From assembly GCF_963921235.1 (NCBI RefSeq), contig NC_086097.1:42410001-42474000 (forward strand): a stretch of DNA of 64,000 nucleotides. Reading direction: 5' to 3'. Positions within the stretch are counted from its first letter, which is position 1. Each line of letters starts with the position of its first letter. The notes under the pieces were generated by a model. The model ran no database searches. It was not told the origin of the DNA and worked only from the letters and a program-made list of their open reading frames with translations. The position numbers were made by a program, and so were the translations under genes. Below, in pieces: positions 37,269 to 49,870 of this stretch. The DNA comes from Mobula hypostoma (taxonomy: Eukaryota).

Positions 37269-37980
37269 ACTGAAAGAAGAGATAGTAAGAGATTTGAAAG
37301 TGGGAGGGGGAGGGGGAGATCGGAAATGATAGGAGAAGACAGGAGGGGGAGAGATGGAGCCAAGAGCTGGAAAGTTGATTGACAAAAGGGATACAAGGCT
37401 GGAGAAGGGGAGAGGATCATGGGACGGGAGGCCTAGGGAGAAAAAAAGGGGGAGGGGAGCCCAGAGAATGGAGAGCAGGCAAGTTATAGTGAGAGGGACA
37501 AAGGGAGAAAAAAAAAGAGAGAAAATAATTAATTAATTAATTAATAGATAAGGGATGGGGTACAAAGGAAAGGTGGGGCATTAACGGAAGTTAGAGAAGT
37601 CAATGTTCATGCCATCAGGCTACCCAGACGGAATATAAGGTGTTGTTCCTCCAACCTGAGTGTGGCTTCATCTTGACAGTAGAGGAGGCCGTGGATAGAC
37701 ATATCAGAATGGGAATGGGACGTGGCATTAAAATGTGTGGCCACTGGGAGATCCTGCTTTCTCTGTCCCTCTTACTATAACTCCTTGCCCATCCTCTGGG
37801 CTCCCCTCCCCTTTCTTTCTCCCTGGGCCTCCCGTCCCATGATCTCCAGCCTCATTTCCCTTTTGTAAATCAACTTTCCAGCTCTTAGCTCCGCCCCTCC
37901 CCCTCCTGTCTTATCCTACCATTTCGGATCTCCCCCTCCCCACTACCACTTCCAAATCTCTTTCTATCTCTTCTTTCAGT

Positions 37981-38018
37981 TAGTCCTGACGAAGGGTCTC
38001 GGCCCGAAACGTCGACTG
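37981..38018 (+). ncRNA. Minimal hammerhead ribozyme motif, intact core
   Basis: tagtc-CTGACGA-agggtctcggccc-GAAAC-GTC-gactg; stem I tagtc/gactg, stem II ggg/ccc. Confidence 0.8.
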
Positions 38019-38254
38019 TACCTCTTCCTATAGCTGCTGCCTGGCCTGCTGTGTTCACCAGCATTTTTTGTGTGTTGCTTGAAATTCCAGCACCTGCAGA
38101 TTTCCTCGTGTTTGAACTCATGCTCAACTTTACTGGCTTGGGTCCGTCTCCTTCCTGTTTCTGTTGTTCTGCCACATTGACTTGAGCCACAGCAAAATAC
38201 CAGTTTAAGAAATGATTACAACCCTCAGGTGTTAAAATATTTTATAATTGGAGA

Positions 38255-38558
38255 CATCCACTACATAATGTACTGGTTGGGCACAGGAGTACATTCAGCC
38301 AGAGACTCATTCCACCGAGATGCAACACTGAGCGTCATAGGAAGTCATTCCTGCCTGTGGCCATCAAAATTACAACTCCTCCCTTGGAAGGTCAGACACC
38401 CTGAGCCAATAGGCTGGTCCTGGACTTATTTCCTGGCATTTACATATTACTATTTAATTATTTGTGGTTTTATATTGCTTTATTTATACTCTATTCTTGG
38501 TTGGTGCAACTGTAACGAAAACCAATTTCCCTCGGGATCAGTAAAGTATGACTATGAT
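38255..38558 (+). mobile_element. Rex1-like LINE 3' end
   Basis: RCNTERHRKSFLPVAI-like coding end; tail 'ccctcgggatcagtaaagtatgactatga'. Confidence 0.7.
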
Positions 38559-39101
38559 AGGATTTCAAGGAATGTTCAAGAATCACACACAAAATGCTGG
38601 AAGAACTCAGCAGCATCTATACAGGGAAATGATCAGCCAGCTCTTCATCAGGGTCCTGATGCCTGACCTACTATGAAGGGAAATACATTTCAGGCTGAGA
38701 CCTTTCATCAGGACCCTGGTGAAACGTTGACTGTAGATGCTGCCTGACCTGAGTTCCTCGGCATTTTGTATTATTCAAGCTTTCCAGAATCTTTTGTGTC
38801 TAATGATTAAACATCTAATTTCAAAATGAAAACGTAATCTAGTGCAGGTAAATCCTGCTCAGTATGATAGAAACTGTTGGTTCAGACAGTGAATGTGCTT
38901 AGCTGAGGAGACAATGGCACAAAACTACCATTCATGGGATAATGACTCATTCAGAATTTTGTCTAAATGCTGTTAAATGGTATCAGGTCTTCAGAAAGTG
39001 GATGCATACTTGACTTTCATGTTCAATGTTAGCAATTAAAAAAACGCATTACATTCAACATTTGGATCTATCACTAAAACATCCAAATCACTTATTCAAT
39101 C

Positions 39102-39953
39102 TGTTACGCACCCTGTAACTGGGTTGCCAAACCAGCAGAAATGGACCACTTAGTTGGAGTCTGGATTACTGGAACTAAGAAAGTTTTTATTAAAGAAATA
39201 AGTAACACAGTATTCTAATAGTAAGGATATAAATGCAACAGGTTAGCAATGATAAAACACGCATGTACACAGAACTAGGATAATAGGAATCAATCAAGCT
39301 CTATCGCAGTCTAGGGGTAAAATGATCAGTCTCAAGTGACGCAGAGTTCAGTTCAGCTGAGTACAGTTCGCAGTAATCGCTGCTGTGCCGTTGGAGAGAG
39401 AGAGATAGAGCGAATGATGATATTCAAATCAGATTCAAACAGACCTTTGATATTCCTCGCAGTTAGCTTTCGGGCGAGCCCTTTGTAATGTCTTCTGAGG
39501 TCACCGACTGTGACCCCTCTGTTCCGGATACAATCGTTCTTCTGCGGTGAACCCAGCACCCAGGCAAGGGTGGACACACACACCAGGTTCCCGCCGATTG
39601 TACCTTCTCACCCTGTGCGTCTATGGTCGGTTCCGCGACCAGACCTCCAAAAACTCCCACCAACTTGTGGGGGGGGGCACACCGCACTTCCAGGGTCTCG
39701 TTACCTCGTGATCTCGTGGTGTGTCCCTTGCCTTAGCGAACCTGTTCCTTTTATCCCCCTGCTGGGGTATCGCCTGTCCATCAAACTTCAAACAGTTCAG
39801 GTTCAAAGCAATCGGTCTGACAATACTCGGAACTGTGTCTCTTTTCGTTAATCTCTCTCCTCTCTCTCTTATTAGCATTTTGAATGTTTCCCCATTGTCT
39901 CTCTTATCTCTCTTATCGGCATCAATCTTCTGATAACTTGGACTTTTGTCACA
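39102..39953. mobile_element. Solo LTR (852 bp)
   Basis: tgtta...tcaca; exact 4-bp TSD aatc at 39098-39101 and 39954-39957. Confidence 0.85.
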
Positions 39954-40009
39954 AATCAAAGAACTACAGGAAGGGAGATTTTACTAGAATGTTACTACTA
40001 AACATTCAG

Positions 40010-40145
40010 AGTCCAAAAGAAGGGTCTCAGCCTGAAACGTTGGCAGTTTTCTCTTTTCCATAGACACTGCCTGACCTGCTAAGTTCCTCCAGCATTTTGT
40101 GTGTTGCTTTGGATTTCCAGTATCAGCAGACCTCGTCGTGTTTTT
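40010..40145 (+). repeat. PLE terminal fragment
   Basis: gaagggtctcagcctgaaacgttg..gttcctccagcattttgtgtgttgct. Confidence 0.7.
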
Positions 40146-40991
40146 AGATTGTACAGTACATCTTTACCATCTTTGCATCCACAATTAGACAAGAGTCATT
40201 CACAATATCTGTAAAGTGTCAGGCTCAGGCCTCAAAGTTATTTTTAATTTGTGCACTCTATTAAATACGTTGCGTGTGAAGTAACTATTTAAATTGCGGT
40301 CAAAACCTCCTCCATTTTTGTCTGGAGGTTGACAGTGATTTAGGCTACAACTTTTTACGGCTGGCATTTAATCTATAGCATAAATCACTTTGAAAGCCAA
40401 TTATTCCTTAGTTGTCATTTTCGAAAGCCAAGGTTATAAGAGCCATATATGGTGCAACATGAAGAAGACAGTGCAATTTTTTGTTGCTAATGTGATGACA
40501 TGCATTACATTTTATTAGCTCAGTGACTGGTGTGTAGGCTGGAAGCAACAGCTGGCAGATAATATTTTGTATAGTCAGTCCATGTTTTCACATAGCTTTG
40601 CATTTACTCTTCGTAAAAAGGAGAATCATGGCTCAAATTTTGCAGTCAGTGGAAAACAATTGGGCTTTGACATTGATTCAGAATTTGCCCACACAATATC
40701 CTAGGTAATCTGGAAAGTATTTTGCAGTGGAACCATCTACATGGAAGTGCGACAGGTATGGGCTCAGTCAGCAATAGCAGCGCTTTTCAACCAATCAAGC
40801 TGAACAATGAGCAGGGACAAAACCCAAAGCTGCAAGTTAGAATATGTAAGGCATGCACAGTCACTTTCAGAGATCAATGAAAGATTAAGTGGAGTGGGTG
40901 ACAGGAAAACTATGTAAAAAACATTCATTTGTAAAACCATCACTAACACACAGTCTGAAGCAAGGGGACATTAGACGTGTAAACACGTACA

Positions 40992-42200
40992 CACTCAGTG
41001 GCCACATATTTCGGTGCAGGTGTGGAGTCCAGTGTGGCCTTCTGTTGCTGTAGCCCAACCACTTCAAGTGTGGTGTTGTGCATTCAGCACACCAGTGTTG
41101 CAATGTGCGGTTATTTCAGCTGATGTCCCTTGTCCCTTTCCTGTCAGCTTGAACCAGTCTGGCTATTCTCCTCTGACATCTCTCATTAACAAGGCAAGGA
41201 GGAGGAGGAGAAGATGGCGGCGCGACGGCAGCGCGCGCGGCCTCTCTGGTGAATGATATCTGTAATCTGTCAAGTAGGGGACCGTGCATAATTCTGATTT
41301 GATGGAGACAGATGTAAGAGCACGGAGGAACATCTGGAAAACTTCTGAAATGCCTGCTTCGCTGCTGCTGCCACTGTGTGGTAACCGGAATCTCCGAAGC
41401 TGCATGCCCCGAAATCCTCGGCTTTGCGTGTTTCAGCGGCCGAGACGAGGTCGAAGGCGCTCAGCAGAGGATGGCGCTCGGGAGGCTGTATCGGAGAGGC
41501 TGGTCGGAAGCTCTAAGTTTTCGGACGGATGGACTCAGTGTCGGCTGCTTCCAAGGCATCAGCAAGTTGACACTGCCTGGAGGTTTATGGCAGTGAGTTT
41601 CTCCATTTTGCCGCCTGCTATCGGGGACTCGGGAGTCGATCAACTCAGGGACTTTTGAGACTTTATTTACCATGCCCATGGTTTGTTTTTCCATCAAATT
41701 ATGGTATTATTTGCACTGCTGTAACTATATGTTATAATTATGTGGTTCTGTCAGTGTTAGTCTTTGGTTTGTCCTGTTTTCTGTGATATCACTCTGGAGA
41801 AACATTATATCATTCCTTAATGCATGTATGCATTTCTAAATGACAATAGAAAGAGGACTGAGTGTTCTCATAATCTAATCTAAATTTTGCCCACAGAACT
41901 GCTACTCACTGGATGTTTATTGTTTTACGCACCATTCTCTGTAAACCCAGACTATTGTGCCTGAAAATCCTAGCAGGTCAGCAGTTTCTGAGATACTCAA
42001 ACCACCCCATCTGGCACCAACAATCATTCCACCATCAAAGTCACCTAGATCATACTTCTTCCCCATCCTGATGTTTAGTCTGAATAACAACTGAACCTCT
42101 TAACCATGCCTGCATGCTTTTATGCATTGCGTTGATGCCACATGAGTGGCTGATTAGATATTTGCATTACTGAGCAGGTATACCTAATAAAGTGGCCACT
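40992..42200 (-). mobile_element. Tc1-like non-autonomous element with nested retroelement
   Basis: Ends cactcagtggccac / taataaagtggccact; reverse complement of 63560-64000. Confidence 0.8.
41200..41884 (+). mobile_element. Non-autonomous non-LTR retroelement, copy 2 (probably full length)
   Basis: 5' 'gagaagatggcggcg', tail aatctaatctaa; colinear with 22869-23573. Confidence 0.8.
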
Positions 42201-43566
42201 TCCAAGGAGGCAGTTTTGCAATAATTAAAGCATTACTTATTAAAAGTACAGGTATATTAGAATGGACAAGCTAGATTTTTCTGATACAGAACAATATTAA
42301 TGGGGGAATTACAGCCATGTCACAAGTCTCTCAGTAAGGTGTCTTTGCAGTGAATTGTGTGGAGGAACAGTGAACTGGATAAATTTGCATTCACATTTTT
42401 GTATGCATGTGCAGCCACTGGAAGCTTTTCAAGTTACTCCATGATAATGGTGTTTGTTGATGTACTGATAATTATTCATTATGAAATGATCAGTATCACT
42501 GACTTGCACAGTCTTTCTCAAAATCTCTCTTCTTTTCTAGAGTTAATAATTCCCTGTTGCCACTCAAAGCTGCTGACTTATATTTTGTGTGATTCCCTGA
42601 GTGCAACAAAGACCACCAATCCTGTACATAAATTCTCCTTCCTTTAAGTGAGCCAAGGAGATCAAATATTAATGGGTAATGAACCCACTAAGTACCTGGG
42701 TGAGTGCAGTCTCTGCTTTTCCTCCTTCCTTGCTGTGAAGATGCATTAAAATATCAACTCATTGTATCACAAGGATCAAAAGCCAATTTCCTTTTCCTTT
42801 AAAGAACTGAGGCTAGTTACCAACACACTGGTGTCATCCTAGTGAAGGCCAGACAACACTGTTCTGACTGTGGCATTGATCCCAAGCTCTTCCCAATATC
42901 TGTGCCTTGTTTTCATCTACACCATGGAACAATCTGGGGACAGTTTATATTTATCCTTCATCATTCATGTAAAACAGTCAACATCTGCAAGGGTAATCTG
43001 CTTCTAAACTTCAGCCTACATTGACAAATGGATTTTGCATTTCTACTCAGTAAAATACAATGGATGTTTTCAACATGTACCCTCTAAAAGTGATGGTGGG
43101 GATAACCGAAACATTTTCTGCTCAAGGCCTCTATTTAATTCATCCATCAAGCTGCAAGCATCATATTTAGCCTTGAGTGTGGTTAAGCCAGATTTGAAAG
43201 GTTTAAAGATTCACACAAAACTGGAGGAATTCAGCTGTTCTCTCCACACTTCTGTGCTTTGGATTCCTGCATCTGCGCTCCCTTGTCTCTGTTTTGAAAG
43301 GCTTATAATTGGTTAGCTTTTATGTAGAGCTGGTTGCACAATGTAGTTAAATGATTTTCTATAATACATGGTGCTTCTGAATCTGACAATCCTGTGCTGA
43401 GGGAAAAGTGTATGAGAAAGATGATTGGGGCTTGTTGATCCTAGGGGGGCAGGGCGGGGGCGCGAGTATGGGGACAGGTGGACAGATGTGTGGTGATGCG
43501 TTATATGAATTCCTCAACAGGAGGACAAAGGATTTCTCAAAAGGAGGGGGTTATGAGCATTCCTTT

Positions 43567-44850
43567 GCAACACACACAAAATGCTGGAGGAACTCAGGAG
43601 ACCAGGTGGCATCTATGGAAAAGAGTACAGTCGATGTTTTGAACTCAGACACTTCAGCAGGACTAGAGAAAAAAACTGAAGAGTAGATTTAGAAGGTGGG
43701 GGAGGGGAGGGAGAAACACAAGGTGATAGGTGAAACCGGGAGGAGGAGGGATGAAGTAAAGATCTGGGAAGTTGATTGATAAAAGATACAGGGCTGGAGA
43801 AAGGGGAATTTAATAGGAGAGGACAGAAGACCATGGAAGAAAGAAAAGGGGGGGAGGAGCACCAGAGGGAGAAGATGGGAAGGCAGGGAGATCAGGTGAG
43901 AGGGAAAAGGGGATGGGGATTGATGAAAAGTGGGGGGAGGGCATTACCGGAAGTTTGAGAAATCGATGTTCATGCCATCAGGTTGGAGGCTACCCAGATG
44001 GAATATAAGGTGTTGTTCCTCCAACCTGAGTGTGGCCGCATCACAACAGTAGAGGGGGCCATGGATTGACATATCGGAATGGGAATGGGAATGGAATTAA
44101 AATGGGTGGCCACTGGGAGATCCCACTTCTTCTGGCGGACGGAGCATAGAAGAAGTAGTCTCCCAATCTATTTTGGGTCTCACCAATACACAGGAGGCCA
44201 CACCAGTCACAGTATATGACTGCAACAGACTCGCAGGTAAAATGCTGCCTCACCTGGAAGGATTGTTTACGGCCCTGAATGGTAGTCTCATCGTGACAGT
44301 AAAGGAAGCCATGAATTGACATATCAGAATTTGTCTCATCGCGACAGTAGAACCTGACAAACTCAGGTTGGAGGATCAACATCTTATATTCCATCTGGGT
44401 AGCATCCAACCTGATGGCATGATTATCAATTTCTCAAACTTCCAGTAATGCCCCCCCCCCACTCAACATTCCCCATCCCCTTTCCCCTCTCTTACCTATT
44501 TCCCTGCCTGCCCATTGCCTCCCTCGGTGCTCCTGTCCCCTTTACCTTCTTCCATGGCCTTCTGTCCTCTCCTATCAGGCTCGCCCTTCGCCAGCCCTGT
44601 ATCTCTTTCACCAAATTCCCGGCTCTTTACTTCATCCCTCCCCCTCCCAGTTTCACTTATCACCTTGTGCTTCTCTCTCCTCCCCCCACCCCACCTTTTA
44701 AATCTACTTCTCATCTTTTTTTCTCCAGACCTGCTGAAGGACCTCAGCCTGAAACGTCAACTGTACTCTTTTCCACAGGTGCCGCCTGACCTGCTGAGTT
44801 CCTCCAGCATTTTGTGTGTGTTGCTTGGATTCCCAGCATCAGCAGATTTT
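43567..44850. mobile_element. PLE with inverted terminal repeats and GIY-YIG fragment
   Basis: Left arm on minus strand (QHFTCESVAVIYC..IGETQNRLGD); right arm 44355-44850 on plus strand. Confidence 0.88.
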
Positions 44851-45114
44851 CTCCTGTTTATGAACTTTCCTTTTCCCTTTTGTCTTTTTTGTGACTGACA
44901 ACCGCAGTTGAATTAAGGACCATGTTTAGCAGCAAAAGTCCAAACAAATCTTGCCCAATGTAGGACATTATTCTCCTAACATGGATATATGCTCCATTTC
45001 ACTTTCAATAGCCTTCCTGCTTTCAATGGGCATGATGGACTTTCGTTTAAGTACTGTCAAAAGTGCCTTCCAAATTTGATCTGTTCTTCTGAAGAAAGGC
45101 CATAAGATATTTTT

Positions 45115-47052
45115 CACTTCTTTTTATGCTGTATATAAATGATTTAGATGATGAAATAGATGGCTTCATTGCCAAGTTTGCAGATGATATAAAGATTGGT
45201 GGAGGGACAGGTAGGATGCAGAAGGACTTAGACAGATTAGGGGAATGGGCAAGAAAATGCCAAATGAAATATAATGTAGGAAAATGCATGGTCATGCACT
45301 TTGGTAGTAGAAATAAATGTGCATACTATTTTCTAAACAGGGAGAAAATCCAAAAATCTGAGATGCAAAGGGAGTTCTCGTGCAGAACACCCTAAAGGTT
45401 AACTTGCAGGTAGAGTAGTTGGTTAGGAAGGCAAATGCACAACACAACACTCCTCTCAACACAGGAGCCCCTCAGGGCTGGGTACTAAATCCGCCCCACC
45501 CCCACCTTTACTCCCTGTGTGCCTATAATTGTGTCGCCACCCACAGCTCTAATCTGCTAATTAAATTTGCTGACGACACTACACTGATTGGCCTAAACTC
45601 AAACAATAGCGAGGTGGTCTACAGGGAAGAAGTCATCTCTCTGACACATTGGTGTCAAGAAAACAACCTCTCCCTCAATGTCACAAATACAAAGGATCTG
45701 GTTGTGGATTACAGGAGGAATGGAGATGGGCTAACCCCTATTGACATCAATGGATCTGGGATTGAGAGGGTAAACAGTTTAAAGTCCCTCGGCATCTACA
45801 TCACCGAGGACCTCACGTGGTCTGTACACACCAGCTGTGTGGTGAAAAAGTCACAACAGCTCCTCTTTCACCTCAGGCGGTTCAGGAAGTTTGGATTGGC
45901 CCACAAATCCTAAGAACTTTCTACAGGGGCACAATTGAGAGCATCCTTACTGGCTGCATCACTGCCTGGTATGGGAACTATACTCCCCTCAATAGCAGGA
46001 CTCTGCAGGGAGTGGTGCAGACAGCCCAGCACATCTGTAGTTGTGAACTTCCCATGATTCAGGACTTTTACAAAGTCAGATGTGAAAAAAGGGCCCGAAG
46101 GATCATTGCAGACCTGAGTCACCCCAACCACAACCTATTCCCATCTGGGAAATGGTACTGCAGCATAAAAGCCAGGACCAACAGGCTCCAGGACAGCTTC
46201 TTCCACCAGGCCATCAGACTGATTAACTCACACTGCTTTGAGTGTACTTCTATGTTACATTGACTGCTTTATTTATTATAAATTTATTATGAATTACTAT
46301 GATTGCACATTGCACAATTAGACGGAGACGTAACGTGAAGATTTGTACTCCTCATGTATGTGAAGGATGTAAGTAATAAAGTCAAGTCAATTCAATTCAA
46401 TGTTAGCATTCATTTCAAGAAGTCTAGAATACAAGAGCAGGGATGTGATGCTGAGGCTTTATAAGGCCCTGGTCAGGCCTCATCTTGAGTATTGTGTACA
46501 GTTTTATGTTCCTCATCTTAGAAGATATGCGCTGGCATTGGAGATGGTCCAGAGGAGGTTCACAAGAATGATTCCAGGAATGAAAGAGTTATCATACAAG
46601 GAACGTTTGATGCCTCTGGGTCTGTACTTTCTGGAATTCAGAGGGGTGAGGGGGGATCTCATTGAAACCTTTCGAATGTTTAAAGGACTAGACAGAGTAG
46701 ATGTGGAAAGGATGTTTCCTATGATGAGAGAGTCTAGGACAAAAGGGAACAGCTTCAGGATAGAGGGGTGCCCATTCAGAACAGAGATGCGGGGAAATTT
46801 CTTTAGCCAGAGAGTGGTGAGTTTGTGGAATTTGTTGCCACATGCAGCTGGGGAGGCCAGGTTGTTGAGTCTATTTGAGGCAGAGAATGATAGGTTCTTG
46901 ATTGGCTATGGGATCAAAGATTACAGGGAGAAGGGTAGGAATGTGATTGAGGAGGGAAAAAAAAGGATCAGACATGATTGAATGGTGGAGCAGACTTGAT
47001 GGGCCAAGTGGCCTAATTCTGCTCCTATGCCTTATGGTCTTATGGTCTTATA
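45115..47052 (+). mobile_element. CR1 RT/3' end interrupted by a Rex1 element
   Basis: YINDLD..FADDIK; ORF 46400..46981 LYKALVRPHLEYCVQF..; tail (cttatggt)2. Confidence 0.92.
45438..46398 (+). mobile_element. Rex1/Babar LINE 5'-truncated copy nested in CR1
   Basis: NTGAPQG.VL.P, KFADDTTLIGL, WCQENNLSLNV; (aattc)n tail; CR1 resumes at 'aatgttagcattc'. Confidence 0.9.
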
Positions 47053-47410
47053 TAGGAGCAGAATGACTTGGTCTCCACAGTGGTCTGTGGCAATGAATTC
47101 TACAGATTCACTACACTCTAGCTAAAGATATTCCACCTCATCTCTGTTCTGAGGCTGTGTCCTCTGCTCCTAGACTCCCCCACCATAAGAAATGTACTGG
47201 CCCAGAGCAATCAAATGGTCCTCACAGATGAAATCTATTATTTCCATAATCATTCTCAAAAACCTCCTCTGGACCCTCTCCAATGCCAACGTGTGTTTTC
47301 ATAGATAAGGGGCCCAAAATTGCTCATGATACTCCAAATGCAGTCTGATTAATGCCTTATAAAGCTTCAGCATTACAACCTTGCTTTTATATTCTAGTCC
47401 TCTCGAAATG
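47053..47410 (-). mobile_element. Deleted CR1 fragment, tail-to-tail with the preceding copy
   Basis: ISRGLEYKSK.VMLKLYKALIRLHLEY on minus strand. Confidence 0.8.
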
Positions 47411-48469
47411 AGAAGACATGGGTGTTGTAGATGAATAACCCCAAAATGAAATCTTCTCTCGAAGACAATGAGCTCAGCATTAACATCCACCCAGAATCAC
47501 TTCTTTACTGTGTTAATATAAAAAACAATGTCTATGCGTTCAGACAGATTGTATGCATATTCACAGACTTTGTGCATTCTGTTCTTAAAACAATTCAAAA
47601 ACCAAAATGATCTCACCCTCCCTCAATCTGTCATTAAAAGGAAGTCATTTAAAAAGATGTTTGCTGTAGCAAGCACTTAAAATATATCATGCTATAATTA
47701 ATAACCATTCATTTCTTGCCAAAATGTGCAGAATGTAGAAACAATGAATGTCTTGTATTGTTATTGTAAATCTGAGTTGAGTACTGACAACTTGAGACAA
47801 AGAGTTTAAGTTATCATGAGAAACTCTAAAATCCAAGCCTGTCCAGCCTACACCAGAATGGGGATACTTTCACAATGGTCCTTCACTGAGTCAACCAGAT
47901 TCCAAGGAACAAATAAGCATTCTTCTTCCTTCCTAGGGAGTTTAATAAAAAGCAGATTTTCCCTATTTTACAGTCGCATTTCTGTGGCATGTTTCCAAGC
48001 AACCCAGTACATGCTTCATGATATCAATGGTTACATCAAAGATTATTTGTCTGCTCTCATTTATCTGTTATACAGGGGATCACTGGACACTGGTCCAGAG
48101 TCAACTTATCCATCCAGGGAGAGTTGCACTGCAAAGAAAAAATCAACTGGACAATTCAGGGGTGCACAAGGTAGGGGTGTGTGTGCGTATTGGGAGATAA
48201 CTACTGAGGTATGGAATTTGGTTATATTTACCTTCTCAGATCAGCTGATCTTGACCTGCTAGTGGGAAGGTTATGGCAGAGAATGAAAGTCCCGCATGAC
48301 ATGATACAACCAGGTGGGTGGGTCAAAATATATCCTGTACACAAGATGGGTATCAGAGCAATTAAGAACTTCAAAGTTTCTCAGTGTCTGTATTAAAAAT
48401 CATTGAAAATGTTAAGAATTATCAAAAATCAATATTACTTTCAAATCTTCTAACTTAAAAACAATAAAG

Positions 48470-49128
48470 TAAGATCCAAGTCCACAGATCCCTCAAAGTT
48501 CCTGTGCATGTTAATAGGGTGATTAAGAGGACATATAGTGTGTTGGCCTTCATTAGTCAGGGAATTAAGCTCAAGAGCCATGAGGTAATGTTCAGCTCTA
48601 TAAAACTCTGGTTAGACCACAGTCAGGAGTATTGTGTTTTTTTCCAGTCCTCATTATAGGACATGGAAGCTTTAGAGAGGATGCAGAGGAGATTTTCCAG
48701 AATACTGCCTCGGTTAGAGAGCATGTCTTATGAGGAGTGGTTGAGTGAGCTAGGGTTTTCCTCCTTGGAGTGAAGGAGGATGAGAGGCAATTTGATAAAG
48801 GTGTATAAGATATAAGAGACATAGACAGAGTGGACAACCAGCACCTTCTCCCAAGAGTGGCAATTGCTAATACGAGAAGAATCCTTTCAAAGCAAGTGGA
48901 GGAATGTCCGGTAGTTTCTTTTTTCACAGGGTGTAAGTTCCTGTCAGGTGGTGGAGAAGGTAGATATATTAGGGACATTCAAAAGAATCTTTAGATAGGC
49001 ACATGGATGAAAGGAAAATGGACGGTAATGCCCTATGTAGGAGGGAAGGGTTTGATCGATTGTGCAGTAGGTTTACATGGGTTGACAAAGCCACTAAGGG
49101 ATGAAGGACCTGCACTGTTCTATGTTCC
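48470..49128 (+). mobile_element. CR1 3' fragment
   Basis: ctctataaaactctggttagaccaca; 3' UTR gaaggacctgcactgttctatgttc. Confidence 0.85.
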
Positions 49129-49559
49129 AAATTTAAATAACAAATTATTTTGAAATAAAGGTAAATCTCAAATACCATTCTTCCTAATAGTCTTTCTTCC
49201 CCTCTTGCATAATTGGTCCACTGATCTGTCATTGGTCTACAGTGGCAGAGATCCAGCAGGAAAATTCCTGAGATTCTCAACGTTGGTGAGCACCTAGAAA
49301 CTCACTTGTGGAATTTGACCAGCACGTTTGCGACTTCCAGATTTGTACAGGTATCCCAGATTTCCTGTATTGGTTATCGTTTATTATTGATATTGGTTTA
49401 TTATTGTCACATGTACTGGGACACAATGAAATGCTTTAAGCTAAATGCCATCCAGACAGATGATTCAAAGCATAAATAAAACAGATCTTCTGAGAGCAGG
49501 TCAAAGTCAAATTCTGGCAGTCTAACATCAACTTGAGATAATAAAACACACATGCATAA

Positions 49560-49870
49560 CTTGATCATACAAAGTCAACATGGTTTTGTGAAAATCAAAA
49601 TCAAACGTCGTTGATTATTCTTAAGGATGTAATTAACACGGTGCAGTGTGTGTGGATTTCGAAAAGGCATATTATAAGATGCCATGTAAAGTATTATTGC
49701 ACGAGATAAAAGCTCATTGAATTGAGAGTAACATTGCTATGGATTGTTCAGCAGACAGAAAGCAAAGGATTGGATCTTGTTAAGTGGGGTGCTCAGAGAT
49801 TACTGCCTCAGCTACTTACCATCTATATTAACACCTTGGATAAAGCAACTAATAATATTTCTATGTTCTG
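49560..49870 (+). mobile_element. Highly decayed CR1 RT fragment
   Basis: agtcaacatggtttt, tggatttcgaaaaggcat, catctatattaac. Confidence 0.55.

Larger units (their letters stand above)
37169..38112. mobile_element. PLE with inverted terminal repeats (fold-back)
   Basis: 37169-37450 is the reverse complement of ~37795-38080; GIY-YIG C-terminus on minus strand 37580-37760. Confidence 0.9.

Noticed and set aside
41200..41650. CpG-island promoter of a host gene
   Set aside because: Part of a repeated element with a second copy at 22869-23573
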